Assembly (NCBI RefSeq): GCF_009834535.1
Contig: NC_045697.1
Location: 33,482,001 to 33,546,000 of the forward strand
Length of the DNA stretch: 64,000 nucleotides
Source of the DNA: Camelus ferus
Taxonomy: Eukaryota
Direction of reading: 5' to 3'
Shown here: positions 40,902 through 53,221 of the stretch, in pieces
Layout of the letters: each line of letters opens with the position of its first letter
Numbering within the stretch: the first letter of the stretch is position 1
Notes under the pieces: generated by a model
What the model saw: the letters and a program-made list of their open reading frames with translations, nothing else
Told to the model about the DNA's origin: nothing
Databases searched by the model: none
Program-made: the position numbers and the translations under genes

Positions 40902-41069
40902 GTATAGCACAGGGAAATATATTCAGTATCTTGTAGTAGCTTACAGTGAAAAAGAATATGAAAACGAATGTGTGTATATCCATGTATGACTGAAGCATTG
41001 TGCTGTACACCAGAAATTGATACAACATTGTAAACTGACTATATATCAATAAAAAAAATTTTTTTTTTA
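40902..41069 (+). mobile_element. Short 5'-truncated L1 3' end
   Basis: L1 3' UTR flanked by aagagtagtgt (40891-40901) / aagaatagtgt (41070-41080), a TSD with one mismatch. Confidence 0.9.
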
Positions 41070-42114
41070 AAGAATAGTGTACTTGACCCTGGGGTAAAGC
41101 ATCACAGCACATTTGGCTGTGAAATTACTCATTAAAAATCCTTACCTTCCTAATCAACATCACGACTCCTCTTCTTTATAGCTTTTGTGCATGTGCTAAA
41201 TTCTCCCTGTATTCAGATAAGAAGATTTCAACATAATATGGTTCTTTTGAAGATGCTTGGGTTGAGCAGGGCTATAATTTTATTACACAAGTATGGAATG
41301 CTTTCGTTTTCAAAAGAAAAGTCATATTTCAAATTGGCTGACGATGACTGTCCATCAGCCTATTTTTGTATCCAGCTCTGTGTTCTCCTGGTATAACTGT
41401 GTCAGATTATTTCTCTTCACATGATTACCCTTCATATTTATTTCCTGCCTAGATTTGTAAGTTCTGAGTCCTTACTGCTTATTTTTTCCTTTAATGAAAA
41501 AAAAAATCAGAAAGTAAAAGACACTTCTCTATTTCTTGCTTTTTTTCTGTACCTGCCAATTTCTGAATGGAAAGACAGGAAGCCACACTTCAAATACAAG
41601 CCCGACTATAGAGCATAAACATTCCAGGCCATACTATTTTAAGATTCAGTCCATTTGGTTCATAGTTGGCATTACACATCTTTAAAAAAATTTACTGAAA
41701 TTTGGATGCAAGTGATGCTTAAAGCTTCAATGATTACTTTGATTGTTCTGACATATATTGGTATGTTAGAATCTTCAATGTTGCTCACTTGATGACAAAG
41801 ACTGGGGGAGTTATGGGAAGAGGAATAGTAATTAAAATGGATCTTACTGAAATCTTTAATTCTTGTCTCTCATTCCAGTTGAAACTTCTGGAAGACCTAG
41901 AGGTTCCAGGACACAGCCAGTAAAGATTTTCAGAAGCCTAGATACTGACTTTAGCAAAATTAGCAGAAATTTCCCCTGAAAGACGGAAATATTTTCTAAT
42001 CTGCCCCTTACGCAGGAATATTGTTTTAGGTTAAGATTGAAAAGTATTCTGATTGCTGATTGCCTGGAGCTGTGTGTTGCAAACGATTCTGAGACATCAT
42101 AAAGGAGAGGGTCC

Positions 42115-42301
42115 CCTTGATTCTCAAAGTGTGGTCCCTGATCAGCATGATCAGCTTCAGTCGGGCACTTGTTAAAAATGCACATTCGCTGGTGTACCTT
42201 TCAACTGCTGAATCAGAAACTGTGAGACTGGGACCTGGCAATCTGTGTTTTAACACAATCTCCAGGGGAGTCTCATGCATGCTAATCTGCAAGAACCACT
42301 G
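42115..42301. mobile_element. MER5A (hAT-Charlie MITE)
   Basis: ttctcaaagtgtggtccc...ctgaatcagaaact...gttttaaca...agaaccactg. Confidence 0.85.
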
Positions 42302-43229
42302 CTCTAAACCACTAACTACATAGGCTATGTGTGTGTGGTGATGAACCAAAAGCCATTTACCTTTCTGGACTGGAAGAAATAAAAATAGTGTCATGGTAAA
42401 GAATCTCTAAGCCATTGAAGTTTTAAAAATTGTGAAATGTTTCACTACCATGAAATTCATGTTGTGATATTCAGTGAATTTAAAATGAAATAAAAGCTAA
42501 AGTAATCACTGGTGAACAACTGTGGTAAGAGCATTTACTCTTGTCCACACTGAATCTCTTCTTCCTTAGAACCAGCCCTCCCTACTCCATGAATCTACTG
42601 AAGTTGTCATTTGGGGCCTAACTATCATAAAAATTGGAACCAGAAACAGAGCATCCAAAGAGATAGACAATAAAATTTGGCAAGTTGCATTGGTCGAGCC
42701 CCATTTTCCTGGCTGAAATTTGGTCTTTCTTAAGTAGTAGCAAACACTGCCTAATGTTTTATCTGTTATGTAAGATTCAAACTCTGTGTCTATGAATGTT
42801 AGGATTTCAGGGGACTTGGAAAAAAATAGGTGAGTATTAGAGTGTGCTGTTAACTTCTTGTGGGCACCCAGAAGATTTTAGGAGGAGACTAGATTATTTT
42901 ATCTAAGGTGGGAAATTTTAAAAGAGAAAGTAGCCTGTGGCTTTGTTATGCGGGGTAATTGTCTCCCTATAGTTAACCATGGTTCACGGTGGAAATTTCA
43001 ATACTTACGCATTTTGAGAGAATATTGGTGAAATCTCCATTTCCAGTAAAGGTTAGTGTAAGCAAAGCTCATTAAGTGTAAATGTGTAGTGGACAATAGT
43101 GGAAACCAAGGTCTTTGCTTAGAAGGCTCATTCCCTAGATGTAAGCTCCACTTCCTCCTCTCCTCACTCCAGCAAATGCCAGCCTCCCAATCAGGCCCAC
43201 AGAGACTGTCCCATTTATCACTCCCATCC

Positions 43230-43495
43230 ACCCTGTAACCCCCATTGCTCCTGATCCCATTTAGCCTGCTCTGTAGTTTTCCTCATCACTTATCCCCTTC
43301 CAACCCACTTTAAAAGTTACTTGTTTATTGTGTTTACTAGTTTTTGTCCATGTTGTCTATGTTTCCCACATAGAATATAAGCTCTCTAGTGGCAGGGATT
43401 TTGATCTGTTTTGTGATACATGTATCCCCCATGCCTAGACAAGCACATGGCACATAGTTGGTTCTCACTAAGTGGTTGCTGAATGAATGAATAAA
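43230..43495 (+). mobile_element. L2 3' end
   Basis: tagaatataagctc...ggcacatagttgg...tgaatgaatgaat. Confidence 0.75.
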
Positions 43496-43581
43496 TCTGT
43501 ATCAGTTTATTACATGACCACCAAACTGCTTTGCAATAGCTTTGTAACTCTGAGTCCATAAAAAATACATCCTTTAAAAAA

Positions 43582-43812
43582 TGGGAGGGAGGGATAGATT
43601 AGGAGTTTGGGATTAACAGATACCATTACTATATATAAAACAGATAAACAACAAGGACCTACTGTAGAGCTCAGGGAACTACATTCTATTTCCTGTAATG
43701 AGCTGTAATGGAAAAGAATCTGAAAAATATTTATATATGTATATGTATCCCTGAATCGCTTTGCTGTACACCTGAAACTAACATTGTAAATCGACTACAC
43801 TTCAATAAAAAA
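43582..43812 (+). mobile_element. L1 3' end (cetartiodactyl-type)
   Basis: ggagggatagattaggagtttgggattaacagatac...acttcaataaaaa. Confidence 0.9.
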
Positions 43813-43918
43813 GTAAGAATTTAAAATATATTTCACTTATATACATTGTATATATATAGTGTCTGATACAGGAATATGATCTATAGGAGATTTAGAAAAA
43901 TATTACTAAGAAAGTTAG

Positions 43919-44317
43919 TGTCATGGGCTGAATTGTCCACCCCCAGTTCATATGTTACCCTAACTCCCAGTACTTCAGCTTGTGACTATATTTGGAGACA
44001 GGCTCTTTAAAGAGGTAATTAAGTTAAAATGCGGTCATTTGGGTGGACCCTAATCCAATCTTACCCATGTCCCTAGAAGAAGAAGAAATGAGGGCACAGA
44101 CACACACAGAGGGAAGACAATATCAGACACAGGAAAAAGATGGCCATGGATAGGCCAAGGAGAGAGACTTAGAGCAGATTCCTCCCTCATGGCCCTCAGA
44201 AAAATTCACCCTCCCAACACCTTGTCTAGACTTCATATTTCTGCGAAAACAAGTTTCTTGTGTTTAAGTCACCCAGTCAGCAGTGCTATATCACAGCAGC
44301 CCTTGCAAACTAACACA
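43919..44317 (+). mobile_element. MaLR solo LTR (MLT1B-like)
   Basis: tgtcatgggctgaattgtcc...gcagcccttgcaaactaacaca. Confidence 0.9.
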
Positions 44318-45453
44318 GCAAGTTCACATATAGCATTAGAATTAGACAAAGTTGATAAACCTGCCCAGCATAGTACATATTTTATATTTTTGCACAACAA
44401 CGTTGGGCAAGATATTGGTTGGCGTATAGCACTGCTATTGAGAGGCCTTCTGTGTGTGGATTTTTGTCTCTAAGATCTGTGCCCAGGTTCTGCTGCTCTC
44501 AAGCCCATACCTTTCTAATAGGATCCTAAATCACCCAGAAGAGGACAATTTCAGCAGGAGCTCAGTGGTCACAAGCTGAATTATGAACTGGCTTTGACCT
44601 TCCCCATATTCATTCAAACTCTGCTTGCACCTACAGAGAGTAGTTATGGGTCAACCAGGACAGTGCTAATTGTAGTGGCATTTGTTAATCATAATAAGAG
44701 CAATCCATAAGGATAATGGTCTAATAATTACAACAAGCAGACATAAAACATATTAATGGTATTGGCCTAATGATTAACCTACTTTTATGGATCAATTATC
44801 AAAGAGAGTAGAAGAGAGGGAATGAGTAGGCTGTATATATTGAGAGTGTTTGAAGATTGGTTTACATGTGCCTGCATTTATATGGGATGAAACAGGCTGA
44901 AAATTCAGTGGATTGGTTAACAATTAACCAATTGTCTTTGTCTTAATAAAACCAAAAGGCAGCCTGCTGGTTTGATAAGATTTTCTCAGTCATTAGGTAT
45001 TAGCAACCCCATAGAGGAACCATCTCTGCTACAGCAAAGACCTTTGGCAGTGGGAAGGATTCTTCACTTCAGCTACGCCAAACCAGCTCCTCTGTAAGCT
45101 AAACATCTTCATCTCAAGCTTACTATGCCTCAACCTTCCCTGACAACAACTGATCAAAACAAAACAAAAACGCAAAAGAAAAGATCTGGTTAAGATTCCT
45201 AGACTTCAATGAGGGGATTCTAAGAAGAAAGTTACTTGGAGATACTTCATCCCTATTCATACTGAAGTTAAAATGCCCCTTTACTTAGCAAAGCACAGAG
45301 AAGACCACTCTACATAGATATTTTGTAACTTTAAACTATCGGTAGAGTAAGGTGGGTGCTTGTGTGTGCACACGTGTGAGTATAACTGAATATTATTCTC
45401 TTGAAAATCAGATTTATCTGTTCAGTAGTATATATGAATGAAAGCATTCCTTT

Positions 45454-45904
45454 TGTGAACAAAAATACTGCAAACCGTATCAGTAAATAAAGAATGCTGA
45501 AGCCATCAAGTCATCAGTGGCTGCCGCCACCCCCCAGTGAAGACAAGCCTGCAGCCCAGCCTCTGCAGCCACTCACAATGATGTCCTCTGAGGGGACTTA
45601 GAATAAGAAAGGACAGGATACTGGCCCTAGATAGCTAGATGCTTGTCAAAGGAATGAATTCAATGAGCCCAAATGTTTGCTTCCTCCCATAAATAGAAAA
45701 GCACTAAATTCTTTAACTTGAGATGCCCGGTTTCTTTTAGATAACAAGTAATCTTTTATTGTTCCAACTACCTGGTCTTTATTGTAAAGCTCCTATATAT
45801 CCTAGCCCCTCCCCTACCTCTTTGGAGCAGTCCCTACGGCTTGAATCCTCCCACCAAATAAACAAAACTCTCAACTTTTAGGCTGTGCATTTATTCAGTC
45901 AACA
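45454..45904 (+). mobile_element. ERV1 solo LTR (cetartiodactyl-type)
   Basis: TG...CA termini, exact 4-bp TSD cttt/cttt, TATA-like ctatatat (~45793), aataaa (~45857). Confidence 0.85.
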
Positions 45905-46539
45905 CTTTCTAAGTTCTCTTCATTATAAAACAATTTCTCTTTTATTTCACACAATCACTTACTTTGTCTCTTTGGTTGTCCATTTGCCTTAACACTCCAT
46001 GATTTCTTTCTCTGGCTCTGGCTTTTCGTTCAATCTGCACACAATTCGTTCCTAGCCTGATGCACTTCTGGTAAATATACCTCCTCAGCTTAGCATCAAT
46101 TCACCCCCATTGTTACTGGTAGTTATTAGCCCTGCAGGAAATCTTGTTAGATAAAAAAATCTCTCGTTTTTCCATCTACCTCCAAGGTCTTTAAAAAAAT
46201 TACCTTTCAAAACAGACCCCGATATATAATCTTTCCATTATTATTTATATTAGATAGATAGAAAGGTAGTTTGGCATTAGATAGGTAGGTAGACAGATGG
46301 ATAATATCACATGTAACAAACATATAATATAAATCAGAAAATATATTTCATCTTTGTGTAATATGTGTGTTGAACATTTGTATAATTTTCTTATTGAGAA
46401 TTTATCAAGAACTAGAAGAATAACTCAAGAAAGAGATTCAGAGACAACCTGAACTCAGCAGACTCTAGTCCCCAAATGTTTGCCTCAGTCTAGCAAAGAC
46501 AGAGGCAAATGCTCATGACTTCCCTAGGGCTCATTAGTG

Positions 46540-46725
46540 TTCCTATTGGCAATGCACTTTTAAGAATCCTAGGCAGAGTTCATCATTGACCCGTTGTGAT
46601 GCTGGTCCGCCCAGACCAACCGCAATTGCTATTGCTCTGTGCGTTACCAGCATGAGTGCTGCCGCCTCACGCGCCAAAAGGAAGACATTTTAAAAGCAAG
46701 GGAGGAGTGATGTCCGGTTAGGAAT
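46540..46725. promoter_or_regulatory. Candidate cis-regulatory element (CpG-retaining cluster)
   Basis: 8 CpG in ~125 bp of non-repeat sequence; attgg, ccgccc, cgcgccaaaa (E2F-like) and CTCF-like motifs. Confidence 0.45.
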
Positions 46726-47079
46726 TTAAAATAAACAATTACATAATCTTTTACTTGATAGTGTGAAAGCTACAAATATGGAATAGGAAGGAGAAAAAAA
46801 ATCACTATTTTTATTCTCCCCTTCAATAAATCTATACTTTAACAAGGAGAGCAATAAATCTATAACTGCCAATGAATCAACAGTTTACAGAAGACTCAAG
46901 TAAAGTTTATTTTTTAAACTTTTACCATTGCTAATTACCTATAAATTACCTAAAATCCTATAGGATTTTCTTTCCTTTATCCCTTATTATGTTTGTAATA
47001 TTTTCTACATATTTTCCAAGTCTAAACTCATGATATTAGTTTCATTTATTGTTTTGTGCCTGTAACAAGAATATAGTGT

Positions 47080-48700
47080 TATAAGTTGATCTCATCCATC
47101 TCAGTGGCTTTAAATATTATTTATATACTGATGAATCCAAAATTTATATCACCACCTCCTACCATTCCTTGGGACACCAGTTATATATATACACACAAAT
47201 GTTTATTGCTTATTCTGCATCTGTATTTAGAGGTTGAACAGGCACCACACAATTAATGTCCTGAACTGTTGGCTTTACCCCTCCTACCTGCTCAAATTTC
47301 AGCGTTCCTTATATCAACAAATGTCATCATTTTATCCTTCAGACCAAAAGTTTCTTTCTCGCACACAGCAAATTCAGCTCACAGTTCACAGCAAATCCTA
47401 TTGAGCCTGTTGGTTCTACACTCAAAATGTGTCCACCTCAATAGCTACTCCTCTAGTTCACGCCACAGTTCCTGACCTCCTAAAATGTCTCCTTGCTTTC
47501 ATTCCTTCTCGCTCTACAGTTTGTTCTCTAAGCAGCATTCTCAGAAAACTTTCCAGATGCGAGTCCAATTGTGTACTTCCCTGCTCGCAGATCTACAGCG
47601 GCTTCCCATCACACTCTAACTCGAGGTCAGAAACATTCCAGTGGCCACCAGAATCCTCTACGATCCAGCCCCTGATATCACTCCAGTTTCACCTTCTACT
47701 CCCTCACACAGAGGCTCCAGTCACACTGGCCTCCGCTTTCCCTTGAACACATATGTGCTTCTACCTCAGGACTTTTGCCTCTGTGGCTTCTACTGCCTGG
47801 AGCATTCTTTGTCCAGTGTCAGCATGGTTCACCCAATTTATCCTGTTTTGCAAACATCACTTCTTCACAGAAGCCTTTCCTGACCACCTCATCTAAATAG
47901 AGCCCTGCTACTCTTTAGCCTGATTTTAAAATAGAGTGTATTAACCAAACATTTGAGGTAATAGTAAGTCCAACAGATTAGAAGACAACTACCAGTGAAA
48001 AGATAGTTTGTTACTACTAGTTCCCAAGAAAAGAGGGCATGCCACACAATGGGGAGCTGTGTGGGAAGCACCAGGGCTGATCAAGAGACAAAGGGAAAGG
48101 GCAGGGGAACTGCGGGCAAGAGCCTGTCTTGTGGTTTTCTCAGGAACAGATGAGGCAGGGTAAGAAGGCTTAGGATTGGTTACTTTGAATAATTTTAGCA
48201 GGCTCCGAGGCATAAGGGCTGTCCCTAGGTATCTGGTCCCTGGCCCAGAGGTGATTAAGGAAGGTGGATAGTGGTCCAGAGTGAGAGCCCCTGAAAGACT
48301 CCTTTAGAGGCTTGAAAGTGGGACTTAGTTTAGTTTGCATTTTAAACATATGCTCACTGGCGAGTTGTTTACTATCTCTAGGAGTTGACTCGCCCCAGGA
48401 AGGACAGTCACTTAAGTCAGCAATTCTCAGATGTCAAAACATCAGAATATGGAAAAACAAAAGATATTAATATAATTCTCACACCAGCTTTATTTTCTTC
48501 ATATCACCTCTCACTACCTTACCTTATATTATAGATCACTTTATTTGCTTATTCATATTCATTCTTCCATAATATAAGCTTTGTTAGTGTAGAGACTTTT
48601 CTGTTTTATTCATTGCTGTATTCCCAGCACTAGAACAGTGCCACGCATGGAGTAAAGGTTCAAGAAATCATTTTTAATTACTTGGTAAATGAATGGATGA
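47080..48700 (+). mobile_element. L2 (L2a-like), interrupted by an LTR
   Basis: L2 ORF2/3' motifs on both sides of 47937-48474; ends cccagcactagaacagtgcc...aaatgaatggatga. Confidence 0.75.
47937..48474 (-). mobile_element. ERVL-class solo LTR (MER54/MER74/LTR53-like) nested in L2
   Basis: tgtattaacc...agtcagcaattctcagatgtcaaaacatcagaatatggaaaaac...ttaatata. Confidence 0.7.
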
Positions 48701-48711
48701 AAACCATATGT

Positions 48712-48924
48712 TAATGGTCTTCAGTCAGGGGTGATTTTCCTTCCCAGGGACATTTGGCAATGTCTGGAAATATTTTTGGTGTCACACTGGGAGAAGCAGA
48801 GTGCTAATGTCATCTAGGAGGTTGCAGCTAGGTATGCTGCTAAGCTTTCTACGATGCAAAGACAGCCCCTCAAAATAGAATTTTCCACCCTAAATTTCAT
48901 TAGTGCCAAGGTTGAAAAATTCTG
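48712..48924 (+). mobile_element. MER20
   Basis: gggtgattttccttcccagggacatttggcaatgtctgga...tagtgccaaggttgaaaaattctg. Confidence 0.88.
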
Positions 48925-49574
48925 CTGTAGATAAACCACATTGCTTTGATTGGTCTCAAAAACATGTATCTTTTTAAAAACATCATAAACTTTCAGAACT
49001 TAATGACTATGCTCATAGGTATAATTAATTCAGAACCAACCTTTCTCATGCAATCATAATTTTCATACACTTTTATTAAGCAGGTTAGCATAATCATCAA
49101 CTGCTTGACTACTTATTTTATTTCAGCAAAAGTTAAACCATGAAAAACAATGTATTTGTCAATTTTTTCATATTCTACACCACTAAGTAAAACAAAAAAT
49201 GATTTACAAAATGGAATAGTTTATAATATCACTTATGATACAAAGGATAATAATAAATTATTGTGACTCCATGAAAACAGAAAATATAGGTTACAAAATA
49301 AAAATGCCAGGCTCTGAGCAACTTTTAAAATTGATACCATTATCTTGATTCCATAGTGATAATATATATTCATTGAAACTGCCACAGTGTTTTACACATC
49401 TTACTTATATTCTTTAAAATACTTGTGATCCACTTATTGTGTATGAGATCCTGTTCTAGGTTCTGGGGTTACAGCCCTGAATAAAATATGACTGCCGCAG
49501 TGGATCTCAGATAACAAGTAAAATGAATAATGTAACATATGGAGGAAAATAGATTTGAGGGTAATAATCCACAG

Positions 49575-49725
49575 GCCAACTCTTTAATACAAGTACTATT
49601 ATTATCCCCACTTTACATTTAAGGAAACAGAGGATTAGAGAAGATAACTGACTTGTCTAAACTCACACAGATGGTTAAGTGGGGGAATTAGGACTCAAGC
49701 ATGAGTCTAAAATCCATACTCTGAA
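49575..49725 (-). mobile_element. MIR SINE
   Basis: tactattattatccccactttacatttaaggaaacagagg...aggactcaagc. Confidence 0.75.
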
Positions 49726-50110
49726 AATAATCTCTATTGTTCTCTACTTCCAAAAGAATGGGGTGGGGGAGTTTCTTCCACACAGGAATTTAGAACCCAG
49801 GTTTTCTTCAATACGGTGGCTGTGCCATTTCCTAGGTCCTCAAAGATCTACAAATCCAGTGGTGGGAGGGGGAAGATTCTGAAGATTTAAGTATGTGAGA
49901 TTTTTAAGGTTATGTCTGTTAAGTCATACAAATCGCTTCTTCTTACATTCCATTAGCTATAGCTTAGACACATATGTACATCTAACTGGAAGGAGCCTGT
50001 GTGCCCAGGATAAAGAAGACATGAACTTGGTGAAAGCTGGCAGGTTTTGCTACGTACAGTCTCTTCTTGACCCGATCATCAATTTATGTTTCTCCATCTA
50101 GTTTCAGAAG

Positions 50111-50477
50111 ACACTTTAGACTGTTGGGCTGCTTCACAAAGATATCATTAATTGGGTGGCATAGACTGTAAACAACAAAAATGTGCTTCTCACGCTCTGG
50201 AGGCTGGCAAGTCCAAGATCAAAACTCTGGCAGATTTGGTGTCTGATGAGAGCCTGCTTCTGAGTTCATAGACAGCTATTTTCTTGCTGTCTCATCACAT
50301 GGCAGAAGAGGCAAGGGAGCTTTGGCAGAATTTCTTTTATGAGGGCACTAATTTCATTCATGAGGGTTCTGCCTGTATGATCTAATCACTTTGCAAAGGC
50401 CCCGCCTCCAACTATCATTTCACTGGGAATTAGGTTTCAATATATGAATCTGGAAGAGACACATTCAGTCTATTGCA
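50111..50477 (-). mobile_element. MaLR solo LTR (MLT1A-like), nested
   Basis: ttctcacgctctggaggctggcaagtccaagatcaa...acattcagtctattgca. Confidence 0.88.
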
Positions 50478-51176
50478 ATACTCATTCCTGTCTTAAAGGG
50501 AGACAATCCAAAGCCTGTCTAGTTACTAAACTCAGCTTGAAGTCTAACATCTTTAGATCATATGCTGTCTTTTTCTTTAAGTCTTAATGTGTTTCTTCAT
50601 GGATATATAAATAGCAACATATAAATTAAAATGACAAACTTGCTGCATTTCTACCTAATACAAACAAGCCAGTAGACAATGATGGAGCAGGGAGGAGGTG
50701 TGCCCAATAAAAACTCTTAATCAAAAAAGTGAAAACGGAAAACATACAGCAGTCACTGATCCTTGCCAAAGACAGAATCCTGCTGGGCAAGCAATTTGAA
50801 CAGTCCTCCTCTGCTCTTTGCTTAGTCCTGGATTTGCTTATCTTGAAGGAACCAACTGTCCATTGTACTCTGTTGCTCTTAGCTCTGCCCACTGAGAGAG
50901 TGTAGGAGAGTTTGTCCCAGTTCGGGGATCTTGGACAATATAGCTCTCAGTCTGCTTGTTAACAAGGCAAGATGCAAGTGTGAACTAAGAGTTGGTTCAA
51001 AGTCACAAGTTATTTTTGGCTAGGCTCGTCGTTTCCTTAGCAGTACAGTTTTCCAAAAACTTTCTCTCTTTTCTTCCTGCCAGTTCCATGGTCAGAAGCC
51101 ACACATGAACAATTTTTCCACACAGTTCTCAAGTCTTCCTTTCCCCCCACATTTTTCCCTCGAATGACCCCTCCTT

Positions 51177-51234
51177 GAAAGAAAGAGAAAGAAAGAAATA
51201 AAGGAAGGAAGGAAAGCAGGAAGGAAGGAAAGAA
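51177..51234. repeat. (GAAA)/(GAAG)n purine tract
   Basis: gaaagaaagagaaagaaagaaataaaggaaggaaggaaagcaggaaggaagg. Confidence 0.9.
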
Positions 51235-53062
51235 GCTCAGTTCCAACTACCTTGAGGCCAGCTGGCATAACAGGCTTAGAGTGAAGGGCAATTTGTCTAA
51301 TTTTATATGGTCCTATGACTGAATTACATTTTTTTACCTGAGAAGTCTTGATTGTATTTATGCCTTCAATGCCTTTCAGTCTTATTTTTTATTATTTGAA
51401 CTTCAGAAACTATTGAACAGCATTTATAATCATGTGAAATCACTGCTTTATGTTTTCTGCTAGAAAGCTAGGCAATTATTGTTTCTAGAAAGAGGTAACC
51501 AAACTATCCTGAAATTCTGGATGTGTCTAACAACTTTCCTAAGCACTGCAGGCTTGGCACCTTCTAGGTTATCACACATGACAGTTATCAAAAGTTTGCC
51601 ATGGTAAGCAGAAATCTCCAAGTTTATAGCCTTCTGTATTTGCCACCTGCAACTAGATTGCTAAGCTAATGCCACAAATTTTCATGTTTTCTTATAGTAA
51701 CACTCCACTTCTGGTATATATTTCTGTTTTAGTTTGGGTGACCTAACTATTGTAATAAATAAGCACCAGATTCCAGTGGCTTAACAGAGTGTGAAAGCAT
51801 GTCTCATACAGCAGCTCTTCACATGCACACCTTGTCACTTCCCCCTACGTGATGAATCAGGGCTCAGGTTACTTCTGGGTTACAGCTCTGCTGCTCCCTA
51901 GACCTCATAGTTCTCTGCATCCAGCCAGTGGATCGGGAAGGAGAACTGTGCATTGGAGGGCAAAGAGGTCAGTTTTATAGCTTCTTTAATTTTTGATAAC
52001 AGTATAAATCGTGGTTGTCATGATTATAATTTTTGTTGTAGGCTCTCTTACTACGAATTTCCTGAATTACATTTAATCCTATTTGTTATTGACGTTGCTC
52101 GTTTTCCTTTTGAGGAATAACAAGTTAAACGTTAAGCTGTAAGTTCTGCCTCCTGATGATTTAAAGTGGCACGTCAAAAACCACAGGTCTTCTAGGTCTT
52201 AAAGAAAAGATCTGCCCCACTCTGGGCTTTCCAATGTGTTTCTCATTGCTCTGTGTCTTACTTCAGCGTAAGCCCCTACTGACCCTTATTGCAAGAGGTG
52301 TTTTTACATTTACTTTTACTAAAGCTTGTAAAACTCCCCTATGTAATGAGTGCTTAACTTTTCTTATCCTAGACTCTCCTTTCCTCTTACACTGCATGAA
52401 ATTTTGTGACTCACCTTCATCTTCCCTGGCTTTTTCCTTCCATATGTATATTTTTTTAACTCTGCTGTCTTTATGTCAAGGATATCTGCTAAAACTAAGT
52501 CCAACTCATTATAAAACATAATAGATATAGTCTTTCTTCAAACTACTCACTTTTGATCAATAGCCTCATATAATAATTCCTATCCTATTCCATTTGGCAA
52601 CTTAGGTCTGAGTCCATTTGATTTATCAAGAAGTCACCAATTTGTATCATCCCGGCTACACTAGAACATAAGCTTTTATAATATATGTAAGTGGAACTGA
52701 GAGAAGTTGGTAATCAGAAAGCTAAAGAATACCACTCAAGAAGAAAGAAATCTAAACACCTAAATACACCACATGCCTTTGAACCATAAGTCACTTTTCA
52801 GATCTCCAATGGTGATGTTGTGAAAACAAATAACTTAGTGAGGCATTACATACCCTTGAGTAAATTTCCTTTCCCTCCAATGATCTGGATAAGAATTTGC
52901 AGTGTCCTTCGGTGCCTAGTATCTTCACTTGGGGTGTCAGAGCAATAAATCTTTTCAGAAATGCAAACTAGATCAGATCTAGCCCCCCAAATGCCAGCTC
53001 TGAAAGAAAACAGAATTCAGAGGCCCCACAACCCACCTCCTTCATTTTACAGATATGACCTA

Positions 53063-53221
53063 GAGTGGCCTTGTACTCTAAGTGTGGCCCACAGACCATA
53101 GCATCTGGGAATTATTGAAAATGCCCAGTTACAGGCCTTGCTCCTTACCTACCGAGCAGAAATCTGCATTTTCATAAGATCCTGAATGGTTGACAGGCAT
53201 AACAAAGTTTAAGAACCACTG
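53063..53221. mobile_element. MER5A, apparently inserted in a MIR
   Basis: aagtgtggcccacagacc...aaatctgcatttt...aagtttaagaaccactg; MIR core cattttacagat just upstream. Confidence 0.75.

Larger units (their letters stand above)
49740..51960 (-). mobile_element. Degraded MaLR provirus (MLT1J-like LTR-int-LTR)
   Basis: Two related LTR-like segments (49740-50060, 51725-51960) flank MLT-internal-like sequence (50660-51000; junction cactccacttctggtatatatttc|tgttttag). Confidence 0.55.

Noticed and set aside
1..43812. Recurring ~50-400 bp sequences as a CRISPR-like or novel repeat array
   Set aside because: They are dispersed, irregularly spaced L1 3' ends in both orientations with poly(A) tails.
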